This document shows positions 1 to 8,990 of a stretch of 64,000 nucleotides of DNA, in pieces; positions within the stretch are counted from its first letter, which is position 1, and each line of letters starts with the position of its first letter. The notes beneath the pieces were generated by a model that did no database searches, had not been told where the DNA came from, and saw only the letters and a list, made by a program, of their open reading frames with translations. Location of the stretch: the IMG/VR virus record IMGVR_UViG_3300032138_000004, positions 1-64,000 of that record; one strand, given 5' to 3'. This stretch comes from a virus (taxonomy: Duplodnaviria; Caudoviricetes). Made by a program: the position numbers and the translations under genes.

Positions 1-5
1 TAGTA

Positions 6-395
6 ATGGCCGACGCGGAAAACGCTGGCGGGGTCCTCGGCCTTGCCGATCGGCTCCTGCATTCGGGCAAGGTGACGGCCACGACGGTCAGCCTTGCCGT
101 CCTCGTGCTGGGCGGACCCTACGGCATCGATCGCTGGATCCTCCAGAGCGAAGCGACGAAACGCTGGCTGGACATTCGTGAGGCGGAGACCGCGGCGGCT
201 GGGATGGAGCATGGCGCGCGGATTGCTCGGCTGGAAGCGCGGGTCGGTGCGGTAGAGGAGAACGTGAAGGATGCAACCGATCGCCTCGATTCCGTGAGGA
301 CCGTGGTGGGAGGCGTGGAGACGATCACCGTGTCCTTGTGCGTCGGACTCAATCAGCGACTCGAGCTCGGCGTAGACTGTACCCGCCGCGACTGA
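6..395 (+). CDS. membrane protein with coiled coil (holin/spanin-like, uncertain)
   Basis: Hydrophobic TATTVSLAVLVLGG segment followed by a heptad-like region (RIARLEARVGAVEENVKDA). Confidence 0.45.
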   Translation: MADAENAGGVLGLADRLLHSGKVTATTVSLAVLVLGGPYGIDRWILQSEATKRWLDIREAETAAAGMEHGARIARLEARVGAVEENVKDATDRLDSVRTVVGGVETITVSLCVGLNQRLELGVDCTRRD

Positions 396-410
396 CCAAA
401 GGAGCCCACG

Positions 411-737
411 ATGACAGGCCGGATCCTACTCGCTCTTGCCCTCATGGCCATCCCTGCCACCGCGGAGCCGGGGCCTACCGTCCACACCTCCGACGTGATG
501 GAGGATCAGACCCCGACCCCCGTGATGTCGGAGGTGGCCGGGGAGCTGGAGAAGCAGGCCGAGCGGCAGGCGGACTTGACCCTAGCGCTCTGCGAAGCCC
601 TCACGCCCGGCGACTGTGCCGCCACCGACACCGCTGGCGCCCTGGATGACACACTGCCCTTGCCGCACCCGCACCCGCACCCGCACCCGCACCCGCACCC
701 GCCGACACTAGTGTCGGCGGTGGAACCCACCCACTAG
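411..737 (+). CDS. secreted hypothetical protein with (PH)6 tract
   Basis: AAGGAG SD upstream; signal-peptide-like N-terminus (MTGRILLALALMAIPATA); two Cys. Confidence 0.55.
   Translation: MTGRILLALALMAIPATAEPGPTVHTSDVMEDQTPTPVMSEVAGELEKQAERQADLTLALCEALTPGDCAATDTAGALDDTLPLPHPHPHPHPHPHPPTLVSAVEPTH
663..701 (+). repeat. (CCGCAC)6 hexanucleotide microsatellite encoding Pro-His repeats
   Basis: Six perfect CCGCAC units plus CCG. Confidence 0.95.
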
Positions 738-1417
738 GCCGCGACACGGATGTCCAGCCGGCGAATCTCGGCGACGTCCGCCTCGATGACGGATGACTCG
801 CGCCGCTCTGGGCACCACGCGAAAGTGCGGAGGATACCGTCGTCGTCGCGCGGCCGGTTCTTGCGTTGGACGAACAATGCGTATTCGGTGGCGTCGGTGC
901 CATCGCCGTCGAAGCTCGGGCGGTCCTCGGGCGCGTAGTAGCGCCAGACGGGGAATTGTTTGAAGAGCGCCCGCCGCGCCTTCGGCACTCGGAACGGCAG
1001 GCGCAGCAGGAAGGCCAGGATGCCGCCGTCGCCCAGCATGAACATCGAATGACGGATGAAGTCGCTGGCGAACGTGTAGGGAGGGTTCCCGACGACGAGG
1101 TCAAAGCCGCCGCGCGGCCGGCTCATGAAGTCCTGGTAGCGGACCCCGGTGGTGACATCCCAAGCCTTGAACGGCGACACGCCCTCGACCAGCGTGTCGG
1201 CCATCGACTTCCGCAGCTCGAGGGCGTGGGCGTGAAAGTTGGGGCCGTGAAGCGCCCGAAGCTCGCGCAGCCACCGACCGTCGGCCGCGGACGGCTCCAG
1301 CACCTTCATCCCCGGCCGGATGTCCAGCAGCCTTAGACACGTGCGAGCGAGTGCCGGCGGCGTTGGGCAGACGTCCAGGTCGGGGCTGGAGCTCCCCGCG
1401 CGGTTCTTGGCGCTCAC
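734..1417 (-). CDS. orphan amino (N6-A/N4-C) DNA methyltransferase
   Basis: Motif I-like VLEPSAADG, then FDLVVGNPPY catalytic motif; GTG start overlaps the upstream TGA. Confidence 0.85.
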   Translation of the reverse strand: MSAKNRAGSSSPDLDVCPTPPALARTCLRLLDIRPGMKVLEPSAADGRWLRELRALHGPNFHAHALELRKSMADTLVEGVSPFKAWDVTTGVRYQDFMSRPRGGFDLVVGNPPYTFASDFIRHSMFMLGDGGILAFLLRLPFRVPKARRALFKQFPVWRYYAPEDRPSFDGDGTDATEYALFVQRKNRPRDDDGILRTFAWCPERRESSVIEADVAEIRRLDIRVAA

Positions 1418-2829
1418 CCGTTCGCCGCCGGTTCGCGGCCGGGGACGTAGCGGGCGCCGTGGTGGACCATCGCATCGAGGATCTGGTGGCGGGCCTCTTC
1501 CACCGAAAGGCCCGCCGCCCTGATTCGCGCGTAAACCTTCATGGTGTCAAGGTCGCGGGCGCAGGCGCGGACGTCGGGCGGGCGTAGTCCGTGGACCTCG
1601 ATCATCGCCTCGACGGCATCCTCGGCCTCCTTCAAAAGGTTCGCGGACGCGATGAAGTTGAGTCCCTGCTGGGAGTCGGTGCCCGGTGGTGCGTCGTCCT
1701 CGTCCACGATGGCATCGCTGGAGTGCCAGAAGGCCGCCGCTGTCGCTCCGCCTGGCCAGAGCATCGTCTGGGGCGCTTCATCGATCCAGTCTTGCATCGG
1801 CCCATAGTCGAAGGCCTGCATGAGCAGCCGGACGAGCTTGCTGGCCTGGAGGTAGTCGTCGCAACGGTCCAGGGTGGCCGATTCCAGGTTGTCGCTCTTC
1901 GCCCGGTACGTCTCGCCGGACACCAGTTCGACCCGCATGAGGCGGCCCTGGTGGTCGATGACGACGACGTAGGATCGAGCCCCTTTGACCTTGATCCGGA
2001 GTTTGAGGACAGCGACCCGCGTGTGGTTTTCCTCCTCCACGCGGCGCATCGCCACGTCCACCGCGTCGTCGCCGCGCACGCTGATCTCACCGCCGTCTGA
2101 CATCAGGCGCAGCTTGTCCTCCAGCGTCACGCGGAAAACGATCGGCTCCGACTTGTGGCGGCTGGGCACCTCCAGCCACTCTTGCCGGTGGCCGTGCTGG
2201 GCGAGCCAGCCGAGCCACTTGTGGTCGATCTCAGCGGGCAGTGCGGCACCTGGTCGCGAGCGGCTGAGGTAGTGGTCGAGCGTCCATTCCATGAAGTGCA
2301 GCCCCTTCCCCAGCATGGGCTCCAGAGTGCGTTGCAGCCGACTCACGATGGCCTGACGGGTGGCGGCGCCGGACGCGAATAGCAGGAGGTGATGGTTGAG
2401 GGTGTCGATGGCGATGGCGGCGTCGGAGATAGCCGGCGGCATCTTGATTGTGAGGTCACGCACCACGTCCTCCTTGATCTCGGCCCTCGCGTTCTTGGGG
2501 ATCTTGGCCGCGCTGTGCTCCTCACACCACGCGGCCTCGCGCACCTCGCAGAGGGCGGCGACCGTCGAGCCTGGCACCTTCTTCACCCAGGTCCGGCAGA
2601 GGAAGGCGATCCACCCGCCGGCCGACACGGGGTTTTCGGCGTCCAGCCACGCCCAGCGCCACACGTGCGACTCTGACATCGCCAGAGACTCGGGCAGCTT
2701 CGTCGTCGTCGTCTGCGAGTGCATGAGGTCGCGGAGGCGGGCGAGGTTGGCGGGTTGCGGCTTCTTGCCGCCTTCGATGCTGTATTTGTAGACGAACAGC
2801 GGCGAGGAGGTGCTGAATGGGAACGGCAC
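1414..2829 (-). CDS. RdgC-like recombination-associated protein with C-terminal extension
   Basis: WIAFLCRTWVKKVP...EEHSAAKIPKNARAEIKEDVVRDLTIKMPP resembles the RdgC core. Confidence 0.6.
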   Translation of the reverse strand: MPFPFSTSSPLFVYKYSIEGGKKPQPANLARLRDLMHSQTTTTKLPESLAMSESHVWRWAWLDAENPVSAGGWIAFLCRTWVKKVPGSTVAALCEVREAAWCEEHSAAKIPKNARAEIKEDVVRDLTIKMPPAISDAAIAIDTLNHHLLLFASGAATRQAIVSRLQRTLEPMLGKGLHFMEWTLDHYLSRSRPGAALPAEIDHKWLGWLAQHGHRQEWLEVPSRHKSEPIVFRVTLEDKLRLMSDGGEISVRGDDAVDVAMRRVEEENHTRVAVLKLRIKVKGARSYVVVIDHQGRLMRVELVSGETYRAKSDNLESATLDRCDDYLQASKLVRLLMQAFDYGPMQDWIDEAPQTMLWPGGATAAAFWHSSDAIVDEDDAPPGTDSQQGLNFIASANLLKEAEDAVEAMIEVHGLRPPDVRACARDLDTMKVYARIRAAGLSVEEARHQILDAMVHHGARYVPGREPAANG

Positions 2830-2832
2830 GGA

Positions 2833-3057
2833 CTACTCCTGAGAGTCTTCTGGGGTGAGGAGGGAGACGGCGCGGGTGAATGTCTTGCCGTTGTCGGTCT
2901 CGAGATGGGCGCGGTGGTGAGAGTGCGACGGCACGGGGCCGACGACTTCCGTGCCGTCGCGCGTCGTGAGGCTGGTGATTCGGCCGGTCATCCGGCCCTG
3001 TCCATGGCGCCACGAGACGCGGGCGTTGACGGTGAGAGTGCGAGGTTTGGGCATCAT
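2833..3057 (-). CDS. small SH3/Tudor-like hypothetical protein (74 aa)
   Basis: Start revised to ATG 3057 (ATGA overlap with upstream stop); RVSWRHGQGRMTGRIT beta pattern. Confidence 0.5.
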   Translation of the reverse strand: MMPKPRTLTVNARVSWRHGQGRMTGRITSLTTRDGTEVVGPVPSHSHHRAHLETDNGKTFTRAVSLLTPEDSQE

Positions 3058-3794
3058 CTTCTCCGGTTGTTGGCCGCGGACGCACTGGCATAGATCGTGT
3101 CGAAGCCCGATACGAAGCGGCGATCGGCGTTGCGCCCGGTGAGGCGGGACTGCCAGAAGGGATCGTGGGCGGCCCACCGAATGCAGGCCGCGATGTCGTC
3201 GACGGTGTGTTGTCGCTCGATGAGGTCGAGTATGGACCCGCACCAGCGGCGCCACGTTGCGTCGGTGAGGTCTTGCGTCGGGATGTTCGCGTGGGGCACC
3301 CGGTTCGCGATGGCGTGGATGCCGGCGGCGAGTGGCGGCACGTTGTCGGGGATGGTCCGCGACTTCTTCGGCGGATCCTTCGTACCCTTGCCCTTCTCGA
3401 AGGGGGCGAGCCTCACGCGGGCGTGCTCCAGCTCTTCGACCGTCCGCCACGGCCAGGTCTCCCAATCCTTATTCAGCTCGTAGCGGGTGGACCGCTCGGC
3501 GGTGTGCTGGGCGACGACGTGGACCAGCGCGTAGCCAGAGCGCTTCGGGTTGTCGGAGGTCGGGCGCGTGAGGCGGTGGAGTGCCTTGCGGATCGCGGCC
3601 TCCGATGTGCCGGGCAGCTTCGCCCGAAACTGAGCCATGCCGATCGACGCTTCCTTGCGGGAGAAGCCCCAGGTGTCGTGTGCGATGACCATGAGGACGG
3701 CCCACTCGCTGCCGTTGAGTCGGCCGAAGAGCATGACCGCCCGAAGCCACTCCTGCGAGATCCGGACAAAGGGGGTGGGTTGGGGGCTGGCCAC
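3054..3794 (-). CDS. phage replication initiator, lambda O-like N-terminal domain
   Basis: FVRISQEWLRAV...LNGSEWAVLMVIAHDTWGFSRK...I..AQF winged helix; C-terminal IRWAAHDPFW motif typical of initiators. Confidence 0.8.
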   Translation of the reverse strand: MASPQPTPFVRISQEWLRAVMLFGRLNGSEWAVLMVIAHDTWGFSRKEASIGMAQFRAKLPGTSEAAIRKALHRLTRPTSDNPKRSGYALVHVVAQHTAERSTRYELNKDWETWPWRTVEELEHARVRLAPFEKGKGTKDPPKKSRTIPDNVPPLAAGIHAIANRVPHANIPTQDLTDATWRRWCGSILDLIERQHTVDDIAACIRWAAHDPFWQSRLTGRNADRRFVSGFDTIYASASAANNRRR

Positions 3795-3800
3795 GTCTCG

Positions 3801-3818
3801 GCTCCTGCTCAGTCTGCT
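3801..3818 (-). promoter_or_regulatory. conserved 18-nt leader AGCAGACTGAGCAGGAGC (copy 1, before the initiator gene)
   Basis: Exact copy; contains AGGAG SD. Confidence 0.8.
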
Positions 3819-3860
3819 ACGGTACGTTACCGGTATAACATACCCCTCCTGCTCTGTCGT

Positions 3861-5696
3861 CTAGGACCCATTCGGTGTAGCTTCCCACCGAAACTCGACA
3901 CGGGCGCCGACCAGGAAGGGGCTGGGCCTGGTGTCGAGGGGCTTGCCGCTCCAGCCTGCGAAGTGCTCGGGGCAGGTGAGGAGGAGGTGGTCGCGGGCGC
4001 GGGTGACGGCGACGTACAGCACGCGCAGGTCTTCGTCCTTGTCCTCCTGCGTAGCGCTCTTGCGGGAGCTGGGGAACAGCCCGTCGCGGCAACCCATGAC
4101 GACCACGGCCGGAAACTCCAGCCCCTTCGAGGCGTGGATCGTCATCAGCGGCACCTCGTCGACGTCGAAGCGGACGCGGTCGACGGTGGCTCGGTCGGTC
4201 CACCAGTCGCGAAACGCGGCGGCGGAGGTGCCGCCGAGGTCGGCGAGGATGGCGCCGATGAGGTCGAGGCGGGCGGTGAGCGACCGCGACCGGTAGGCCT
4301 CGCGCACACCCAGATACCCGATGAAGGCGCGGGCGATCTCGGCGGCGCCGAGGTCGGTAGCGTCGGGCAAGCCTTCGACGACGCGGTAGATCGCGCCCCA
4401 CTCTTGATCGCCCTGGCCGGCGGCCATGGCCCTCAACAGGGTCCACCGCATCTTCGCGGCGAGGGCGCGGGTGGTCGCCCACTCCCTGAATCGCGGCGCG
4501 TCCCCCATGACGCCCCACTCGGCCAGCATCCGGGCGAGGTTGTCGTCGGCCGGGTTCGCGGCGAGCCGGATGGCGCGGGCGATGTTCCGGCCGTCCTCGG
4601 TCTCCCAGGGGTCGCCGGAGCCACCGCAGAAGCGGTGCGGCACCCCGCGGCGCTCCAACTCCGCGGCGAGCTCGCGGAGTGGCGCCCACGTGCGGCAGAG
4701 CACCGCGGCGTCCTTCCAGGCAACGCCCAGATCGTGCAGCCGGCTCAGCTTGGCCGCCACCAGTGCGGGTTCGTCGCTGTCGATGAAGGCGTGGACCCGG
4801 TTGGCCCCTTCGCCGATGTCGGGGTGTGGGGTCGCCGCGCGCTCGGCGGTCATCGGCTCCCATGTCAAGACGGCCGTCGGCCCCTTGACGAGCTTGTTGC
4901 CGAGGTCGACGATGGACTGGTCGCTGCGGTAGTTCGCGGTGAGCTGGATGACCTCGTAGTCGTGATCTGCCGCGAGGGCGATGATGGTGGCCGGGACGGC
5001 GCCGCGGAAGCGGTAGATGCTCTGGCGGGGGTCGCCGACGATGAAGATGCTGGCCGAGCCGAGGCCGTTGACGATCGCAACCTGCGCGAGGTTGGTGTCC
5101 TGGTACTCGTCGACGAGGACGTGCGCGTAGTGGCCGATGGCGGCCGTGCGGGCGGCCGGATCGTACTCCAGAAGCTCCAGCGTCATCGCCTCGATCTGGT
5201 CGAAGTCGACGGCGTTGCCGGCCTTGAGCATCGCCCGGTACTCCTCCATCACGGGCTCGCGACGGCGGAGAGTCGACGACCGCTTCGACGTCTCGCCCAC
5301 GGCCTCGGCGGCGGCCCTCAGCACCGACTCGCTGTCGGCCTCGTCGTAGATCGTGAAGTGGCGGGTGAGGCCGAAGCGGTCGGGGAACCGGCGGAGGAGC
5401 TGGGCGCCCCACGAGTGCATCGTCCGCACCGTGGGCATCCCGCCACGGTAGTCGGGCATCACGTCTTCGATGAGGCTGGACACGCGGCTCTTCATTTCGT
5501 CGGCCGCCTTCCGGGTGAAGGTGACGGCCAGGATTCTCTCGGCGGGCACGCCGCCGGTCATGAGGCGGGCGATGCGGCGGGTAAGGCACGCGGTCTTGCC
5601 CGACCCGGCCCCGGCGATAGCCAGGATCCTCGGGTGGTCGCTTTCGACGGCCTGTCGCTGCTGGGGGTTTAGGCCGGTGATGAGGCTTGTGGTCAT
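3861..5696 (-). CDS. UvrD/PcrA/Rep superfamily 1 helicase
   Basis: AGAGSGKT, LVDEYQD, VGDPRQSIYRFRGA, MTIHASKGLEF, YVAVTRA; start revised to ATG 5696 after the SD. Confidence 0.95.
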   Translation of the reverse strand: MTTSLITGLNPQQRQAVESDHPRILAIAGAGSGKTACLTRRIARLMTGGVPAERILAVTFTRKAADEMKSRVSSLIEDVMPDYRGGMPTVRTMHSWGAQLLRRFPDRFGLTRHFTIYDEADSESVLRAAAEAVGETSKRSSTLRRREPVMEEYRAMLKAGNAVDFDQIEAMTLELLEYDPAARTAAIGHYAHVLVDEYQDTNLAQVAIVNGLGSASIFIVGDPRQSIYRFRGAVPATIIALAADHDYEVIQLTANYRSDQSIVDLGNKLVKGPTAVLTWEPMTAERAATPHPDIGEGANRVHAFIDSDEPALVAAKLSRLHDLGVAWKDAAVLCRTWAPLRELAAELERRGVPHRFCGGSGDPWETEDGRNIARAIRLAANPADDNLARMLAEWGVMGDAPRFREWATTRALAAKMRWTLLRAMAAGQGDQEWGAIYRVVEGLPDATDLGAAEIARAFIGYLGVREAYRSRSLTARLDLIGAILADLGGTSAAAFRDWWTDRATVDRVRFDVDEVPLMTIHASKGLEFPAVVVMGCRDGLFPSSRKSATQEDKDEDLRVLYVAVTRARDHLLLTCPEHFAGWSGKPLDTRPSPFLVGARVEFRWEATPNGS

Positions 5697-5702
5697 GGTG
5701 GG

Positions 5703-5720
5703 GCTCCTGCTCAGTCTGCT
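5703..5720 (-). promoter_or_regulatory. conserved 18-nt leader (copy 2, before the helicase)
   Basis: Exact AGCAGACTGAGCAGGAGC. Confidence 0.8.
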
Positions 5721-5737
5721 CGCTGTGGTGATCTCTG

Positions 5738-6478
5738 CTATCGCTTCTTCTTCTTGTCGCGTCGTGCGCGGCGCCGCCTTGCGCGGCGCCCCTCGAGGGC
5801 GATGACGTCTCCACGTACAGCCGGCGGGAGAGGGCCGCGCCGAGCTCGGTCGACTTCGTCCTCGGACGGCATCGCTGAGGGGACCGACAGCGGGATCTGA
5901 TCGGTGGCCAGGTTGACCTCGTCGCGACTCCGGATCGGGTTGCCGTCTGGACCGAGAAGCGGCGCCCGACCGGTGTGCTGGCCGCGGTTCACGCCAGCGA
6001 TCCCGTCCGTCGTGTCGTGTCGCACGAGGTAATCGAAGGTCACCGGGTTCCGGAGCATTACCTGCCGGCCGCGGTGGACGGGCACCGCGTCGGAGACGCG
6101 CACGTTGGCGGCGATGGCGTCGTGGAAGGGGTAGACGGCGCGCACCACGGGCGTCATCAGGTCGAGAAAATACGCCTTGTTCGCGGCCAGTTGAGCCTTG
6201 AACGATCCCTCGCGCGACGGTGTCTCGACGCTGACCTGGAGCGACAGGTGCCGCCAACGCTCACCCGATGGGACGACGTCGACCGTGTACCAAAGCGTCA
6301 CCGCCGAGGTCCAGCCACTTAGCCGAATCTTGTGGCGGCAGTGGGGGCGTAGCCGGTCCATCGTCGCCTGCACGCGGGACGGCGTGCGGTAGTCGACGTG
6401 GTTGGCTTCGAGGTGGGCGATCCGCTTGGCGCCGGGCAACCACTCGGTCACCCAACTCCCCGCGAGGCCGGCACTCAT
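5738..6478 (-). CDS. hypothetical protein with basic C-terminal tail
   Basis: Fits the operon with ATGA overlap; protein-like composition. Confidence 0.6.
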   Translation of the reverse strand: MSAGLAGSWVTEWLPGAKRIAHLEANHVDYRTPSRVQATMDRLRPHCRHKIRLSGWTSAVTLWYTVDVVPSGERWRHLSLQVSVETPSREGSFKAQLAANKAYFLDLMTPVVRAVYPFHDAIAANVRVSDAVPVHRGRQVMLRNPVTFDYLVRHDTTDGIAGVNRGQHTGRAPLLGPDGNPIRSRDEVNLATDQIPLSVPSAMPSEDEVDRARRGPLPPAVRGDVIALEGRRARRRRARRDKKKKR

Positions 6479-6606
6479 GGCGACACCATCGCGAGGATCC
6501 CAGACTCATCGACGACGACGGCGACGACGTTGATCAGGAAGAGCCACCCACCGAGGGCGCCCCCCGTGAGGTAGAAGAGGGTGAGAATGTAGGCTGCTCG
6601 CTTCAT
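6475..6606 (-). CDS. small membrane protein (43 aa)
   Basis: AGCAGGAG SD, ATG 6606, MKRAAYILTLFYLTGGALGGWLFLINVVAVVV. Confidence 0.55.
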   Translation of the reverse strand: MKRAAYILTLFYLTGGALGGWLFLINVVAVVVDESGILAMVSP

Positions 6607-6628
6607 GGGCTGCTCCTGCTGCGGCCAA

Positions 6629-6862
6629 CTATCCGGCCTGGTTTCCATCGGTGACGGGGGTGGCCTCGTAGTAGCGGACGAGGACACGTTCACCCGTGTC
6701 CCCCATGACCCACCACCCGCCGGTGCCGCGTCGCTGGCTAGCCTTCGTGCCCTTCTGGCAGGTATCGAGGACGTCGTAAGTTCGGCCCTTCCGCATCCCG
6801 TGCTTCTCATCGACGGGGAGGTCTCTACTCAGCGTGATCTTCATGGGCTTGTCGGGGTTCAT
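6629..6862 (-). CDS. hypothetical protein (77 aa)
   Basis: ATGA overlap with the upstream ATPase gene. Confidence 0.55.
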   Translation of the reverse strand: MNPDKPMKITLSRDLPVDEKHGMRKGRTYDVLDTCQKGTKASQRRGTGGWWVMGDTGERVLVRYYEATPVTDGNQAG

Positions 6863-8946
6863 GGCAGCCGCACCACGCGGACACCGGCGGGAGGCTCCCA
6901 GCCGTCACCAGCGACACATGCGCCGAGGAAGTTGTCGAGCCGGCCGGCCGCGACCTCCTCCACCATCGCTTCGAGGAAGCGGGTGCGCCGCACGGGCTCC
7001 AGATTCTCCATGTCGTCCAGGCCGAGCATTCGCCAGCCGCCGAGCCGGGAGACGACAGCCGACCGTAGCGACATCATCGCGACGGCGTCCACCGACCGAC
7101 TCCCGTGGCCGAGCGAGCGCCCGTCGCGGTCGAGCCGGTAGCGGAAGCCGTTGGCGACGCGGGGGTGGAAGGTGGCGCCGTCGAGGACGCGGGAGGTGAT
7201 GGCGCTGACCGGCGCGGCCAGGGGCTCCATCATCTTCCCCAGGAAGGTCTCCATGACGCCGACGAGGGCGCGGTGGGCCGCGTGGGTGGCCTTCGCCGCC
7301 TTCTGCGTCTCCGCGAGCTGGGCGCGGGAGTTGTGCAGGTTGGCGATGGCCTCCGCGACGTCGCCGAGCCGGTCGATCTTGCCCTGCACCTCGGCACGCT
7401 CTTCGGTGAGGGTGGTGAGCAGTGTGGTCGCGGCGTCGACGTTGCTGCTGCCGAGATCGGCGAGCTTCATGGTGGCAGCGGTGACGGCCTCAGCCAGCCC
7501 GACCTCGGCTTGCTGGTCGGCCGTGATCGCAGCCACGCGGTCGACAGCCGTGGAGGCCTTGCGACCCGCGGCGGTGACGGCGGTACTGGCCGCCCGCTTC
7601 GCGGCGCGGGCGCGGTCGGCGCTACGCGAGGCGGCGCCGGCTCCGGTGCTGGCCGCGCGGCGGTGGGTGTCGGCCTTGTTGAAGGCCTCTTGCAGGCGGA
7701 GCACATCGGCGTCGGTCGGCGGGGTCCATGCCTCCAGCACCTCCCGCGCTACCGCCGCGCCCTCATGCGTAGCGCTCCGCGCGTGGTCGTCGCCTTCGAT
7801 TTGTTCCACAAGGACTTGGAGGGCGGTGACGACCTCGATGGCCGCGTCGGCTGCTTCACGGGTCGCCTCAGCGGCGGCGATGGCGGCGCGGGCGCCGCTG
7901 GCAGCGGCGGCGGCCTTCCGGTCGGCTGCTCGGGCGGCCTTGTCGCCGGCCTCCGCCTCGGGGACGGCCTTGCTTGCTGCGGTCTCGGCGGCGACGGCCT
8001 GGCCGACCGCGTCGTCGGCGGCCTTTCGCTGGGCGTTGGACTCGGCGATCTCCTTGTCCCACTCCCGCGAGCGGAAGCCGTCGAGGTCGCGCTGGGCGGC
8101 GTCGAGGTCGCGCTGGGCGGCGTCGACGGCGGTGGCGCGGCCCTTCTGGATGCCGATGGCCTCTCGCTGGGCGCCGATGCGCTGGTCTAGCTCGGCGCGC
8201 TTCGCCTCCCACTCGGCGACGGTGCCGCCGGGGAGGTCGCTGGCGTCACGGGTGGCCTTCGCCCGGTCGATGGCGCCACCCAGCGAGCGAGCGAGAGCCT
8301 GCTGGTTGTCGTAGCGGTCGCGGGTCGCCTGGATGAGCGCCATGAGGGCGGGCCGGCCGTCGCTGGCGGTGCAGACGGCCGCGGCCTCCTCGGTCGCCCA
8401 CCCCGGCACGTTGAGGTTGTCCAGCAGCTCGAAGAATTCGTTGTCGGTGGACGCGATGCCAGAGACCGCGGTGGCGACCTCGCCGGGATCCCAGGTGGTG
8501 CCGGCGAGCACCTTGTCCTCCAGAAAGCGGAGCGCCTTCTGCGGTGAGAGGTCCAGAAAGTCGCCGATGTCCCACACGCCGCCCTGCCCCACGGCCTTCT
8601 TGACAGCGGAGCCGGCGGCGCGCACGCCGGTCTTCACGTTCATCCCGCACCCGTAGACCAGCCCGTGCTCGAGACTGCGGGGCTTGTCGCGGTGCGACTT
8701 CCACTCCTGCGCGCGGGTGACGACGGTGGTGTCGTCGAAGCTAAGCTGGGCGGCCCATGCGTAGTCGGGCACGCCAAGGACGGGGAACCGCGACCCCTTC
8801 GGGCCGGCGACGACGAGGTCGATGGTGCGGAGTCGGGTGGACTTGCCGGACTCGTTCGCGCCGATGAAGACGGTGACGGGGTCGATGGCGTGGGTGAAGG
8901 TGAGCCGCCCGTGGAGGGTGGTGCCGGCGATTCGGGTGAGTTGCAT
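6859..8946 (-). CDS. Rad50/SbcC/SMC-like coiled-coil ATPase
   Basis: N-terminal Walker A GANESGKS, long Ala-rich coiled coil, C-terminal Walker B LGLDD; start revised to ATG 8946. Confidence 0.8.
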   Translation of the reverse strand: MQLTRIAGTTLHGRLTFTHAIDPVTVFIGANESGKSTRLRTIDLVVAGPKGSRFPVLGVPDYAWAAQLSFDDTTVVTRAQEWKSHRDKPRSLEHGLVYGCGMNVKTGVRAAGSAVKKAVGQGGVWDIGDFLDLSPQKALRFLEDKVLAGTTWDPGEVATAVSGIASTDNEFFELLDNLNVPGWATEEAAAVCTASDGRPALMALIQATRDRYDNQQALARSLGGAIDRAKATRDASDLPGGTVAEWEAKRAELDQRIGAQREAIGIQKGRATAVDAAQRDLDAAQRDLDGFRSREWDKEIAESNAQRKAADDAVGQAVAAETAASKAVPEAEAGDKAARAADRKAAAAASGARAAIAAAEATREAADAAIEVVTALQVLVEQIEGDDHARSATHEGAAVAREVLEAWTPPTDADVLRLQEAFNKADTHRRAASTGAGAASRSADRARAAKRAASTAVTAAGRKASTAVDRVAAITADQQAEVGLAEAVTAATMKLADLGSSNVDAATTLLTTLTEERAEVQGKIDRLGDVAEAIANLHNSRAQLAETQKAAKATHAAHRALVGVMETFLGKMMEPLAAPVSAITSRVLDGATFHPRVANGFRYRLDRDGRSLGHGSRSVDAVAMMSLRSAVVSRLGGWRMLGLDDMENLEPVRRTRFLEAMVEEVAAGRLDNFLGACVAGDGWEPPAGVRVVRLP
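8080..8121. repeat. perfect 21-bp tandem duplication (AAQRDLD x2, one heptad)
   Basis: gtcgaggtcgcgctgggcggc twice. Confidence 0.9.
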
Positions 8947-8951
8947 GTGGT

Positions 8952-8969
8952 GCTCCTGCTCAGTCTGCT
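8952..8969 (-). promoter_or_regulatory. conserved 18-nt leader (copy 3, before the SMC-like gene)
   Basis: Exact copy. Confidence 0.8.
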
Positions 8970-8990
8970 TGTCGTGGTTGAGGTATGGGC

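Noticed and set aside
734-1417. Restriction-modification system
   Set aside because: No adjacent endonuclease, and the PD-(D/E)XK gene is 10 kb away in another operon; treated as an orphan MTase
3165-5672. 835-aa + strand ORF
   Set aside because: Antisense shadow of the UvrD and initiator genes; stop-poor frames are expected at high GC; no motifs
5697-6257. N-terminal extension given by the ORF track for UvrD (likewise 8947-10074 for the SMC-like gene and 52184-53221 for the lipoprotein)
   Set aside because: They overlap other credible genes, and better SD-linked starts exist downstream
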